A stretch of 64,000 nucleotides of DNA, from contig JAVKOQ020000033.1 of assembly GCA_031835245.2 (NCBI GenBank), forward strand, positions 186,001 through 250,000. Reading direction: 5' to 3'. This stretch comes from Balamuthia mandrillaris. Taxonomy: Eukaryota. Shown here one piece after another: positions 52,796 through 64,000 of this stretch. How positions within the stretch are numbered: position 1 is the stretch's first letter; every line of letters begins with the position of its first letter. The notes beneath the pieces were generated by a model. That model was not told the DNA's origin and ran no database searches. It was given only the letters and a program-made list of their open reading frames with translations. A program made the translations under genes and the position numbers.

Positions 52796-55532
52796 CTATT
52801 TTTGAGATATATTCATTATTTGCTTTGCCATGATACATTGCAGCAACATTAGCGGAACTGTATTACAGTGACTTTGTAGGGTCCATTCAAGAAACATTGG
52901 CTCATTCGTACGTGACCAATGGCTATCTCTATTCATTGTCAGGTGCTTCGCCAAGTGTTCCTGCTCCCTGGAGGATACTCCACGCCTTTGTTTCGGAGCT
53001 CGTTCTACGACTTTGGTGCCCTGATGTTAGCAAGAATGTAACCTTTGCCACATTGTTGGACCGGCACCACCAATACGACCATGTACAAGTACGTTGTATC
53101 AAACTTGCGTTTCTCATTCAACTTTTCCCATCTGAACGCTTTTAAACTCCCGCCAACTTTACAGGAGTTTGTCAGGCTATCGGAGAAGAGCGGCGTATCT
53201 TCGGGGCTTGAAGGCCAACAAGAGAATAGGCGGAAACTTTTGTATCTTCTGGGAAAAAGTTATTTGAATACAGGACAGTTCGACAAAGCCTCTGATTGCT
53301 TCCACAAAGCTTCCCTTAGATCCAGTGGCGTGCTTGGTATGTCCTCTTTAAGTCTCTGTTTGTGTAATCATGAAAATGACCAATGAGTTCATTATGGTAG
53401 CTGATGACCAGTGGCAAGGCATTGGAGGAGCTCTGTCGGAGCGATTGGAAGACCAGAGCGATTTCGAGGTTGAATACTTGATGCATATAATGCATTTGTT
53501 TGCCAGCTTCCGGCAAAATCAGCACGCCATCAGTTTCGCGTTTGCAGCATTGGGTGTTAGCGAAAGCTCCAAAAACAAACTTGCTCTGGTGGGTTTTAAA
53601 TTCTCTAGTCTCCACCCTACATGAAACTAAACATACAAACAGCCGCAGCTTTGGTCCAATGTCTTTAAGTTCAGTATGGAATTGGGTGACTATGAGCAAG
53701 CCTATCTTGCCTTGAATTCTAACCCCGATGACATAAGGTACCTTTTTTCTCTCAATATAGGAAAACGTTTTCAGCTTGTTAACACAACAATGGAACAATT
53801 CCAGAAAAATGGACTGTCTGAAACGTTTTGTGGTGGTTCTATGCGGCAGCCCATCAGGTCTTCAGCTGCTGTGTGCTCTGCCATTTGTGGACATGGTAGA
53901 AGATGTAGTGGCTATTCTCCACCAAAAGGCCCAAACCTTTGATCTAAATGAGTCTCCTAACTACTATCAAATCCTCTATTCATTTCACATCAACCGTGGA
54001 GATTATAGACAAGGTTCGTAGGCTTTCCTTACATACTAAATGTTGACAATAATGCTAATTCTGCATCTAGCTGCACAAGCAATGTATGAATATGCAGAGC
54101 GTCTTCGTGCTGAGGGTCATACTGGCGCTTTGGATGGACTACAAAAATTGGTCAACTCCTATTTGGCTTGTCTCAATGCGTTGAGATTAGTTGATGAGCG
54201 TTTTGCGTGGGTAGACAAACGTGAAATACGACCTCTGTTTGCGCCGGGACGAGCCACCTCCAAACGGAAACGCGATGGCAATAGCTTTGGTAACTTTTTC
54301 TTCTTCTCCTCTTTTCCTTAATAACCAACCACCTCATCATTGCCAACTCTCTGTAACAGATGATGATAGTTACGGGAGCAGTTCTGCTGCTACGGAACGG
54401 AGCCAGCAGGATGCTCACAGCTTTATAGATTCCCATATGGTGGGTATACAGGCTATTGAACGCCAGTATAGTTTGGCGCTGGCTCATTTGGAACTCGGGA
54501 AGAAGTCTGCAGCTCACCTCGATAGTCTTGGTACATTTCTACCTTTCAAAAAAATATTATTACATTTTGCTTGATACTGCTAACGCTGTTATGATAAACA
54601 ACGACTTGCAGGAAGTCCCTCCATCTCTCCCTTTGACACATACACACATCTCGTACAAACTGGCCTGTTTGACCGTGCCATTTCCATTGCTCGGCTTTTT
54701 GACTTTAGTCTTCGTTCAGTGTTCGAAGCCCTTACGAAGCGCTGCCTGGCCCTCCAAACAAGGAAGGTGGCGCCTACACTCAGGTTCCATCCTAACCTTT
54801 GGATCTCTCTCTCTCTCTCTCTCGCTCTCTTCTAACTTGCATGCGATTGTATCTGGAACTTCACGACAAAAGCTCTGCGCAGTTAAACGAGTACAAGCCA
54901 GCAGATAGCAGTAGCGGTTCCTGCTGGAAGATGGTGGAGGAGTATCTTAACACTTACGACTCAGTTGATAACAACTACGAATACTACCAATGTGTAGCTA
55001 CAGTCATCTTAAGCACTGACTCTAGAATGAAGCTACCGCCTTGGCTCATCAGCGGTTACAAAGTACATTTCTTGTTTTACACCTTGCCATGCACAAAAGT
55101 AATACTCATCCCATTGTGTTATAGGTAAGGAATGCACCAGCCCTGTTGGACATTTACATCAAGTACGAGTTGTTAGAAGAGGCAGCAGAGTTAGCACTGG
55201 ATCTGCTTCACCCAGACAGAGTATGTCTTTCCGTGTTTGTTTTCTCTGGCTCATGGAAATACTAAATGGTGTAATGTTATTTGCAGAAGAACGGAACACA
55301 ACAAACAAAGCGGGCTAGCAAAGGAGCAACAACGAGAAGCATACCTTACACCCGCACCGAGCAGCTGTTGTTGCAGTTACAAACGGTGCTGAGCGCTGAG
55401 TCTGCAAAGAAGTTATCACCGGCGCATCAGAAAAAGCTCTCCGACATGAAAGCAGAGCTAGAGAAAGAGCTTTATCTCCATGTGCGGCACGTGGAGGATG
55501 CCTCTCATGTTCTTCTATCCTCTGTCTCTTAA
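49019..55532 (+). CDS. NUP160: Nucleoporin Nup160; many exons
   Basis: RFVIWRATGETLELLELSLDHDLCDNALRI, ATKRTFHRFVFEHP, ALCLDKKLRVWSL, DCLKRFVVVLC, NYYQILYSFHINRGDYRQAA..MYEYAERL and LPPWLI. Confidence 0.88.
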
Positions 55533-55631
55533 ATCTTCACACCACAATGAACACCTTTATTCATTGTTTGCTTCTTTACAGGTATTTTATAGAGGGAAAC
55601 AAGCAGGAAAAGAAAAAAGTACAAAAAAAAG

Positions 55632-57208
55632 CTAATAAAACACAACGTTCCAGTAATGAGCTGCTGTTGGGTGCTTGTCCTCGCAGACAAGGACTCCTTG
55701 TTCATTTACACGGAGCCACCGCTCCGTGGCCATGCTCTTCAGCGCCCATACGTTCTTTGTTATTTTAAACCGTTTCCACTGTTGTGGGGAGCGTTCGGTT
55801 AGTCGTTGCTCGCACAAACAATGATGTTACAGATGAGAAGGAACCTGTGACTCGGGGCAGAACGGTAGTTCGGTGTGTGCTAACACCTGTTTTTGTTTCT
55901 TATCGACAGTAAGGTACAATCCGTGACACGATCTGTTTTGGAAGAGTGAACGCGGCATACCAACGGCAAAGTTAAAAAGGCTGTAGAGCGGGAGAAGAAG
56001 AAGAAGAAGAAGAAGAGAGAAGCGGAGGAGGATGAGGATGGCATTAAGGACAACGTCTCGGCCAGAGTGTAAGAAAGGCACCCCCGCCGTGGCGGTGTCT
56101 TCCCCCTGCTCGTCAACATTGTCCTCTGCCTCCTCCGCCTCTTCCTCTGCTACCGAAGGAGTAGCAGCAGCAGCAGCAGAAGGAGAAGAAGAAGAAGAAC
56201 GAAGAAGAAGAACAAGAACAAGAACAAGAACAAGAACAAGAAGAACAAGAAGAAGAAGAACAAGAAGAAGAACAAGAACAAGAAGAACGAGAACGAGAAC
56301 GAGAGAGAAATGAACCGGAGAAAAAGTTGGTCAAGTTGAATAGGAGAGGAACGCTCCATGGTCCAAACCTCCCATGGGCCAGGGTGGTCGCGGTCCGCTA
56401 TGACCTGACCGAGGGCACCGCCCAGCTGTCTCTCAGCACACAGATACTTCCCTAGTGCGCGATACTGCAGGCTAAGTCGTTTTCTGACGGTAACCACCAA
56501 CCACTCGCAGGAAGGCTCTGGTTCCTTGTTGCCGACAACAACATAGTCGTCCTCTTCTTGTTGTTGTTTCTTTTGCTTTGACACAGGGGAAGCGGAGCTG
56601 GCGATGAGTGAGGGCTCAGTGGCGTGAGTGAACACAATGGCGAGAGGGTCCTCCGGTGGGGGACAGGCCAGGTACTCCCCCGTTTTGGCGTTCATGAGCA
56701 GCCAAACGCCCTTCCTGTTCTTCAGTCTGGTCCATATCCAAGTCGTGGCTTTGATCTGTTGCTCAGTCTTTTGGCGTTGCGCGCCGTCGTTGCTGTCGCT
56801 ATCGTGGGAGGGAATGATGGCTAGCTTGGAGAGAAAAGGTGGTGCGTTGGCGGCCACCACGCCGTCCTCCGCGGCTGCGAGCATGCGGCCGTGGTGAGCC
56901 TTCAACGTGTACACCAGTTGGGTGGCTGACTCATCCACCTTGGGCGAGTCGGACCGATATTCAGGGCTGCTGTTGGCCAGCGGAGAGAGGCTCAGCTGCC
57001 AGGCCTCCGAGAGGGGCGGGGCGGAGAAGGATTTGTCCAACACGAACACAGTGCCGTCCTTCTCTGCGCAGAGGTACCTACCCGTTGGTCTTGACCTTAT
57101 GAAGACCTCTTTGACGAGCCTTGCTTGTGGCTTGACTCGTACGCCCGCTATTACCAGCGCTGCGGGTCCATCGGCAACTGCGCCCAGAGGCGCCTTCCCT
57201 TCTTCCAT
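55632..57208 (-). CDS. Fascin-like beta-trefoil (actin cross-linking fold) protein; spliced
   Basis: Repeated motifs FIRSRPTGRYLCAE, LKAHHGRMLAAAEDG, GKYLCAE..ADRDHPGPWEVW, FLRSCHGLYLTV and WALKSMATERWLRV. Confidence 0.68.
56183..56308 (-). repeat. (TTC/TTG)n intronic microsatellite (AGA/ACA on the + strand)
   Basis: Inside the long intron of the fascin-like gene. Confidence 0.9.
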
Positions 57209-57456
57209 CTGCCGCTTCCTCCCTTTTTTTTTGTTTGCTTCGTCATTACGCCATATTCAGGACGACACAAAGACCAAATTTTCGTGACGACATGGCAAAG
57301 GAGTAATTATGGTTCTGAGAAAAAACTTGGATACAATAATCGATAATAATTGTCGTCCAATGTCGAGAATATATTAAAGCAGAAAGAGGGAAGGCCCTGC
57401 TGGGAAGAGGAGAGGAGACACGCCACAACAACAGCGGGAGGAGAAAGTAGTGACAG

Positions 57457-59099
57457 ATGGAAGCACCACAACCTGAAAAACAAGAGGGCGGCGCTGCCCA
57501 GGAGCAGCAGCAACAACAAGGCGATGGAGCAAAGAAAAAGAAAGCAGGCATGGGCTACCGACAGATGAAGAAGAAGCAACAAGAGACCGGCCTCATCAAC
57601 GTGAACCCAATTGCTGGCGCGCGCGATTTTCCTCCTGGTAAGAGAATGGCTCTCTTTGTTACATTTTCTTGCTTGATTTTTAGTCTTCCGTTCGCTAACA
57701 TAGGTCGGTATCAGAGGAAATGATCTATAGAAACTGGTTGTTTGGCGAGTGGAGAGAAGTAGCCCGGATTTTCGGCTTTGCTGAGTACGACGCTCCTATT
57801 CTGGAGTATGAGGACCTCTACAAGAGAAAAGCCGGAGAGGAGATCACGCAGCAAATGTACAACTTTGTGGACAAGGGAGAGCAAGCAGTGGCCCTGCGCC
57901 CAGAGATGACGCCCTCCCTTGCCAGGATCGTCCTCCAGAAGGACAAGAGCTTGCTGATGCCGATCAAGTGGTTCAGCATCCCTCAGTGTTGGAGGTTCGA
58001 GACCACCTCGCTGGTGCGCAAGAGAGAACACTTTCAGTGGAACATGGACATCTTGGGAGTGGCCCAAGTAAGCGCGGAGGCAGAGCTCTTGGGTGCTCTC
58101 GTTACCTTCTTCAAGCGCGTGGGCCTCACCTCCAATGACATTGGCATCAAGGTGTCCAGCAGAAAGGTGGTGCAGAGCGTACTGGATAAGTTGGGAGTGA
58201 AGGGAGACAAATTCGCCAAGACCTGTGTTATCGTTGACAAGTTGGACAAGCTGGAGAGGGAGGAGGTCATCGTGCAGCTGGCCGCCCTTGAGATACCCAA
58301 AGAAATTGCTGACCAGATCATTGACTCGCTCACCGTGAAGAACTTGGATGACCTGGCCGCTAGCCTTGGAGAAAAGCACATCGCTGTCAAGGAGTTGAGA
58401 GAGCTCTTTGCCTTGGCTGAAGCCTACGGCTGTGCGGATTGGATCCAGTTTGACGCCTCGGTAAGTGTTGCTGTCTTGGCCATTGAGCATTCATTACTTT
58501 CTTACCTTTAAATTGGTTCTTTGCTTCCAGGTTATTCGCGGACTGGCTTATTACACCGGCATCGTGTTTGAGGGCTTTGATAAGACTGGTGCTGTTCCTC
58601 GCGCTATTTGTGGTGGTGGTCGTTATGATCGTTTGTTGTCTACATATGGTGCCAAGGTTAGTTTCTCTCTCTTTCTCTCTCTCTCTCTCTTTCACTTCGC
58701 CTGACTTAGTGGTAACAGGAGGACCGCCCAGCCTGTGGCTTTGGCTTTGGAGACTGCGTGATCATGGAAATACTGAAAGATAGGAAGCTTCTGCCACAGC
58801 TAGCTCCCAAAGTAGAGGACATTGTATTAGCTTTCAACGAGGAGCTGCGCCCAGTGGCCATTCAAGTGGCCACCAAGCTGAGGGCAAAGGGCAGGTCTGT
58901 TGACATTGTGTTGGGCAAGAACAAGAAGTTGAAGTGGGCGTACAGCTATGCGGACCGCTTGGGTGCCGACCGCGTGTTCCTTGTGGCGCCTGATGAGTGG
59001 AAGGACCGCCTCATCAGGATCAAGAACCTGCGTGATGGTAGCAGGAATGAAGACGAGAAGGACACCAACCAAGAGAACATTGCTTTTGATGAGCTGTAA
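57457..59099 (+). CDS. HARS: Histidyl-tRNA synthetase (trypanosomatid/plant-organellar-like subtype); spliced
   Basis: [64 protein letters not shown] and a C-terminal anticodon-binding domain. Confidence 0.95.
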
Positions 59100-59466
59100 T
59101 CTGTTATTGAAAGCTGCTTTGCCTCCATCCTTTTCTCTGAGTTGGCAAATCAAATGGGTGTGGTGGCTGTTAGCAGCAAGAGAGGAGAGGTTGGAGGAAG
59201 CCAGGAAGGAGGAAATGGTGACGATAATAAAATAAAATGGATTGGAAGAGAATAGTGTACAAACTTCCGGTCAGACGAACGTAAGGAAGAGGGGGGAATG
59301 AACAGCAGAAACAAAAAACAAAAATAAATAGAATAAAGATGGAGGAAGGGATGCGCCGAAGCGAGTGAGTGAAGGTGTGTTGAGCAACATCAGCCGTTGG
59401 CACTCTCCCTCCAAAGGTTGAGCGTGGTGAGATGGCTGCGGTGAGGGTGTGGAAAAAAAGAGGTGC

Positions 59467-60895
59467 TCAAAAGAGGTCGTCCAGCACCTTCTTGAGTATA
59501 GTCTCGCGTACAGCCTTGAATACAAACTCGACGTTCTCCGTGTTGATTGCGATGGTAAAATGTGTGTAAATAACATGAGGGGAGGTGTTCATCTCGAGAA
59601 AGCGTGCTTTGATAAAAGCGCAGGCCGCATCAAAATCTTTTCCTCCTACACCGCCAGGCAATAAAGGTTAGGGTGGCTTCATCATCAAAACAACACAAGA
59701 AAGAAAAAAGAAAGATTTACCAGTGTAGTTGGGAAAAGTAACGCGTAGATCAACTCGTTGTATCTTTTCTTTGAAGAGATCGATCTTGTTGAGGAAGAGA
59801 ATGAAAGATGTCTCCATGAACCAAGGGCTGTTGCAGATTTCGTCAAAGAGAAGCAAAGACTCCTTCATTCGGTTTTGCTGATCATCCTCTCGCAACGTTT
59901 GATCATACTCGCTCATGGCCACACAGAACACAACAGCAGTAACGCAATCGAAGCAATGAATCCACTTTCGGCGTTCGCTTCTCTGTCCACCAACGTCTAC
60001 CATCCGGAAGGAAATATCCTCAAATGTGAAGTCTGCCTCCTCAATACCGGTACTTCGTACACGCGCTCTCAACACGTCCTGTTCAGTAGGGCAGTAATCC
60101 TCGTCCAGAAAGCGTTCCACGTTGTCAAAGAAACTTCAAATAATAATAATAATGAAGAAAAGCTTAGTGAGACGACAGAGTAGGGGATACACAACACAAA
60201 GTAAAGGAGCTAATATGTACTAAGCAGCAGAGTCGTTAAGCTGATAAGCCCTATCTCGCATTTCGTAAGTCTGTTGGATAGCGTCATCCTTCCACAAGGC
60301 GGCAATATCCTTGCCAACCTCCTCCGTCCAGGAGTCGCCTGCTGCCGGTAGTTTTGCCAAATTCTCTGCACGGGTCTTTTTCCAATGTGCCATTTATTGT
60401 CAGCAGCAAGAACAATAACAAAGAACAAGAATGGAGCAACACGAAATAACAAAAATTAATAGTTACCCTGTTCTCATCGGAGCTCATATCGATACCCAGC
60501 TTGGCAGCCGCGTTTACCAGAACCTTCATTTGGGTAATGCAGTTGCCATAGATCACAAACTTGTAGGCTAACAACTCTTCCGGTTTGAAGCCGCCGTCCA
60601 AGCTGATAATTTTCATCTGTTTAAAGATCGTAGACTTACCAGATTCTCCTGGCCCTGTTAGTTTTATTATGTTTTTTTTTATCGGTGAGATAAATCTGTT
60701 GAAGCAAAGGAAGTGGCAGAGAGAGGAAAGAGGAAGAGAGAGAGAGAGAGAGAGAGAGAGAAGGGTACCAAGTAGCAATAGTTTGACTTCCTCTTTCAAC
60801 CGCTTTCTATCTTGGGAAATCTCCTCGTCGATGTCTTTGTTCTTCTTCTTGGCCATTTTCTCCTCAGCCGTCATTGAACCGAAGCAAGCCCCCAT
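59467..60895 (-). CDS. Heterotrimeric G-protein alpha subunit (resembles Dictyostelium G-alpha4 type); spliced
   Basis: MGACFGS lipidation N-terminus; [47 protein letters not shown] and HFTIAINT. Confidence 0.95.
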
Positions 60896-61315
60896 GGTCG
60901 TTGCTTTTCTTGTCCTTGCAGTTGTTCTTGTCCTTGCGTCTTTGTTTGTTTGAGTGGTCACCCCGATTAAAAATCTTTAGTTTTTTGCCCTCCCCTTTTA
61001 CTGGTGCGCTCGGTCCCTTCCTAATAATGCTGATCCTTTCAGAAAGAAAACAACAACGCGGTAGTTGATGATAAGGCGGCTGAACCTAGCAGCAGCAAAG
61101 CAGCCCTTCTTTTTTGAAAAATCCAAAAAAAAAAAAAAAACCCAAACGAAGCCTTTTTGCTCGGAACCACAGCAGCAACAGCAGCACTGCACAATGATGG
61201 GGCAGGCAACACAACACAAAGATAGAAAAAAGCAGAGCTCTGCTGCCCTATTTTTTCCCCCCCTTTTTTTGATTTGGTAAATTAGGGGTAAGCCCTCAGT
61301 GGTTGATCGACCGAT

Positions 61316-63133
61316 CTATTTTTGATTTCCCATTGGTTGCGTGCTTTCGGTGAAGCAAGATGAAACCACTTTTGCTCCATGGCCCATTGGACAGTGGTTA
61401 GCCCAATGGCCTTGACCACCGCACTTGAAGCAGCCGTCTCTTCTTGGAGAGCTGCTGTTGGAGGCCTTGGAATTGCTCCAGGCATTACCGTTACCATTTC
61501 CATCTTCCCAGATGAACGTGTCGCATCGTTGAGACTCCTCCGAAATGGAACAGCGATAGAACCGGCGGCCCTGGTTTGGTCCTTCCTTCTTCACTGTAAA
61601 TGATATACAGGCGATTCCATGGCCGGAACAAAGCGGCGCAAGTTGCTCTTCCGCTGAAGTGGGGGTTTGCCATTGCTGCTGGTGCTGCTGTTAGTCTGTG
61701 GGTGAGGAAGGACAACAAATAGAAGCGGTGTAATTACCCCGTTGTTGGTAGCTGCCCGTGGCCGCTTTGTGGATACACTGCCTGCCGTTGTGTTGTTAGG
61801 GCACTCCTTAGCCCAATGCCCCATTTGCCCACATGAAAAGCAACCAGTACTTGTTGCTGAGGAAGAACCACTGCCGGCATGCCCATCCCCTTCGCTGCTC
61901 TCTCGAACAGCAAAGGTATCTTGTATGGATCGCTTTTTACCACGAGGAAAAGAAGAAGCAGATGAAGAAGATGGAAGTGCTTTGTCAGGTACTGATGCGC
62001 TTGTAGAAGGTTGCTGGTTTGTGATGGCCTCCCAGCGTACAGGCGACATGGATTGGTCCTCCAGAATTTCGTTTGTCTTGGAGAAGTGTCTGCAACCAAA
62101 GAACCCCCTATCTGCTGACTTTGGGGAAGGGTGAGTCGCTGTCAGGATGTGATGCCTCTGCTCATCTAGAAGGGCGGCTTTGGCTTGAGCAGATCTTCCC
62201 CAAAGGAGAAACACCACTCCTCTTTTGTGCTGGTTGATAGCTTTGATGGTGGCATCAGTGAAGAGTTCCCATCCTTGGTTAGCATGAGAGTTTGGTTCTC
62301 CTTGTCTGCATGTGTGGAGAGAAGAGACAATTCAAGAAAGAGGAAGCAGTTTAGACACAGAAGATAATGCTCACCTTACGGTCAAGACTGTATTGAGCAG
62401 CAAGACGCCCTGTGCACCCCACTCTAGCAAATAGCCATGAGGAGGGCGTTTGAATGTTGGAATGTCATCCTCTAACTCTTTGTATATATTACAGAGGCTA
62501 GGAGGGACTTGCACTCCTTTGCGTACCGAAAAGCACATGCCATGTGCTTGGCCTGCCCTCACATATGGATCTTGGCCTGTGCATTATGCCATGTCAGAAA
62601 AGAAAGAAAGCAAGAAGACGACAAACGAAAATAACAAACCAGCATGAAAGAAGAATCAAAGGAGAACACAAAGCACGCAACACAAAAAATACCTATAATG
62701 ACAACTTTGACGTTGTCGAAAGGGCACTGGTTATAAGCAGCGAAGATGTCTTCTGCAGGAGGAAACACCACACCATCTCTTCTTTCCTTGTACAGGAAAG
62801 TGGCAAGAGCGGTCCAGTAGGGTTTGGTTAGCTCGTACTCTAAAACTTGTCGCCAAGAAGGTTCTTGAAGGTTGGCTTGCAGCCTGGTGGTTTGGATTTG
62901 CTTGAAACGCTCCAAAGCAGCCAACCTGTTTCTTTCAATAGTCTGTCGCTCTTCTTCTGTCAACTCATCTTCCTCCTATCCTCAACAAAAAAAAAAAAAG
63001 AGAGTAAAATACGGTGAGAGGGGAGTGTGGGTGTCTCTACTCTCACGGAGATGCTTGAGCAACAAGAACAGCATACCGTTACGACAGCTGGTTGGGCGTC
63101 GCCTCCACTCCCCTCCTGTTTGGTGTTCTGCAT
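61316..63133 (-). CDS. UNG: Family-1 uracil-DNA glycosylase with C-terminal CCHC knuckle, GRF zinc finger and second CCHC knuckle; spliced
   Basis: [53 protein letters not shown] and FFGCRHFS; then [39 protein letters not shown] and [14 protein letters not shown]. Confidence 0.9.
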
Positions 63134-63331
63134 TACTACGTTACCTCTTTTCTTTAAAAAAATTCTTGGAAATAATTAATTGGCAAAGAGGAACAAAATG
63201 TGTGTGCACTTTATTGTTGTGAGTCAAATACATTTTTGGCCACGGCACAAGAACAGCATCCCGGTTCGACCGTGATAGCAGGTTAGCTCCACTCGCCTCC
63301 TCGGTTGTCATGTGGTGTGTTTTTGCATCGA

Positions 63332-64000
63332 TTAGTCATACCACTCATCGGTGTCCAATCGCTTGCTCATGTATGGGCCATCCAACTCTGTAAAACGGTT
63401 TGCTTCATGGTTAGGAACCGCAATGTACCACGCAGGAGAAGGTGGTGAAGTGCCGCACCATAGCCAAGCTTGCGGTAGTAATGCCTGGTACCAACGCCCG
63501 AAATAACGGCTATTTTAGTGGAACCATGCTCCTCTCTTGCAATCCGTTCAGCTTCTTCCATTAGCAGCGTACCGTATCCCTTTGGGCGGAAAATACATAA
63601 TGGCAGTTAATCCACATGAAAGCGCTGAAGGACATCCTTGGGGAAAGAGAGAGAGAAAGAGAGAGAGAGAAAGAGAGAGAGAAAGAGGGAGAGAGGGAGA
63701 AAGAGAGCGAGGGAGAGAGAGAGAGGGAGAGAAACAGAAGCGATGACAACCTGGTGCTGGAATTTGGTTGGATCCCGGTTGTGTATGGGCACCACGGTGC
63801 CATAGACGTGCAGCTCCCGGACAATGGAGCAGTTGCCTTTTAATTCCTCTCTGAATGTGACGGCGCTGCATTTGCGGAGACGCAGCAGACCTATAAGAAT
63901 ATCCTGACGAGGGTCCTCGTAGGATAGAAAAGTCTCCCAACCCCCGTTTGCCATGTAGTCTCTACGCACCAATTCCACTTGGTCGGGCAGCACCTTGTTG
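63332..64000 (-). CDS. ELP3: Elongator acetyltransferase ELP3, C-terminal part (5' end beyond window)
   Basis: [56 protein letters not shown] and [24 protein letters not shown]. Confidence 0.96.

Noticed and set aside
61316..61830. CCHC knuckles as a retrotransposon gag remnant
   Set aside because: They are in frame with UNG and a GRF finger; no protease, RT, integrase, LTR or TSD is nearby.
63250..63320. SECIS-like ATGA...GA in the ELP3 3' UTR (minus strand)
   Set aside because: Helix II does not pair convincingly, and the visible ELP3 portion has no in-frame TGA and ends in TAA.

Overview
Gene-dense, intron-rich eukaryotic DNA. Short GT-AG introns (mostly ~65-120 nt) filled with CT/CTT microsatellites and the gene content suggest an amoebozoan (Acanthamoeba/Balamuthia-like); that assignment is inference. 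About 22 protein-coding genes can be assembled by hand from spliced ORF fragments. Housekeeping genes include HSP90, MCM9, NUP160, TBCK, ZZZ3, ELP3 (partial), CysRS, HisRS, an ACBD6-like protein, a G-alpha subunit, a TKL kinase and an LRR-PP2C. The most unusual features are multidomain fusions. (1) A single-pass receptor with an apparently dead 5'-nucleotidase ectodomain and a cytoplasmic RasGAP. (2) A RasGEF carrying a degenerate CobW/COG0523 metallochaperone-type GTPase and talin-like helical bundles. (3) A uracil-DNA glycosylase with a CCHC-GRF-CCHC zinc-finger tail. (4) A secreted PQQ-type GSDH propeller fused to a heme-type DOMON domain. A bacterial-type L-arabinonate dehydratase with a mitochondrial-like presequence is also present. 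No tRNA, rRNA, CRISPR array or transposon was recognised. Exon boundaries and family assignments were made by eye, without database searches, so novelty is unverified.
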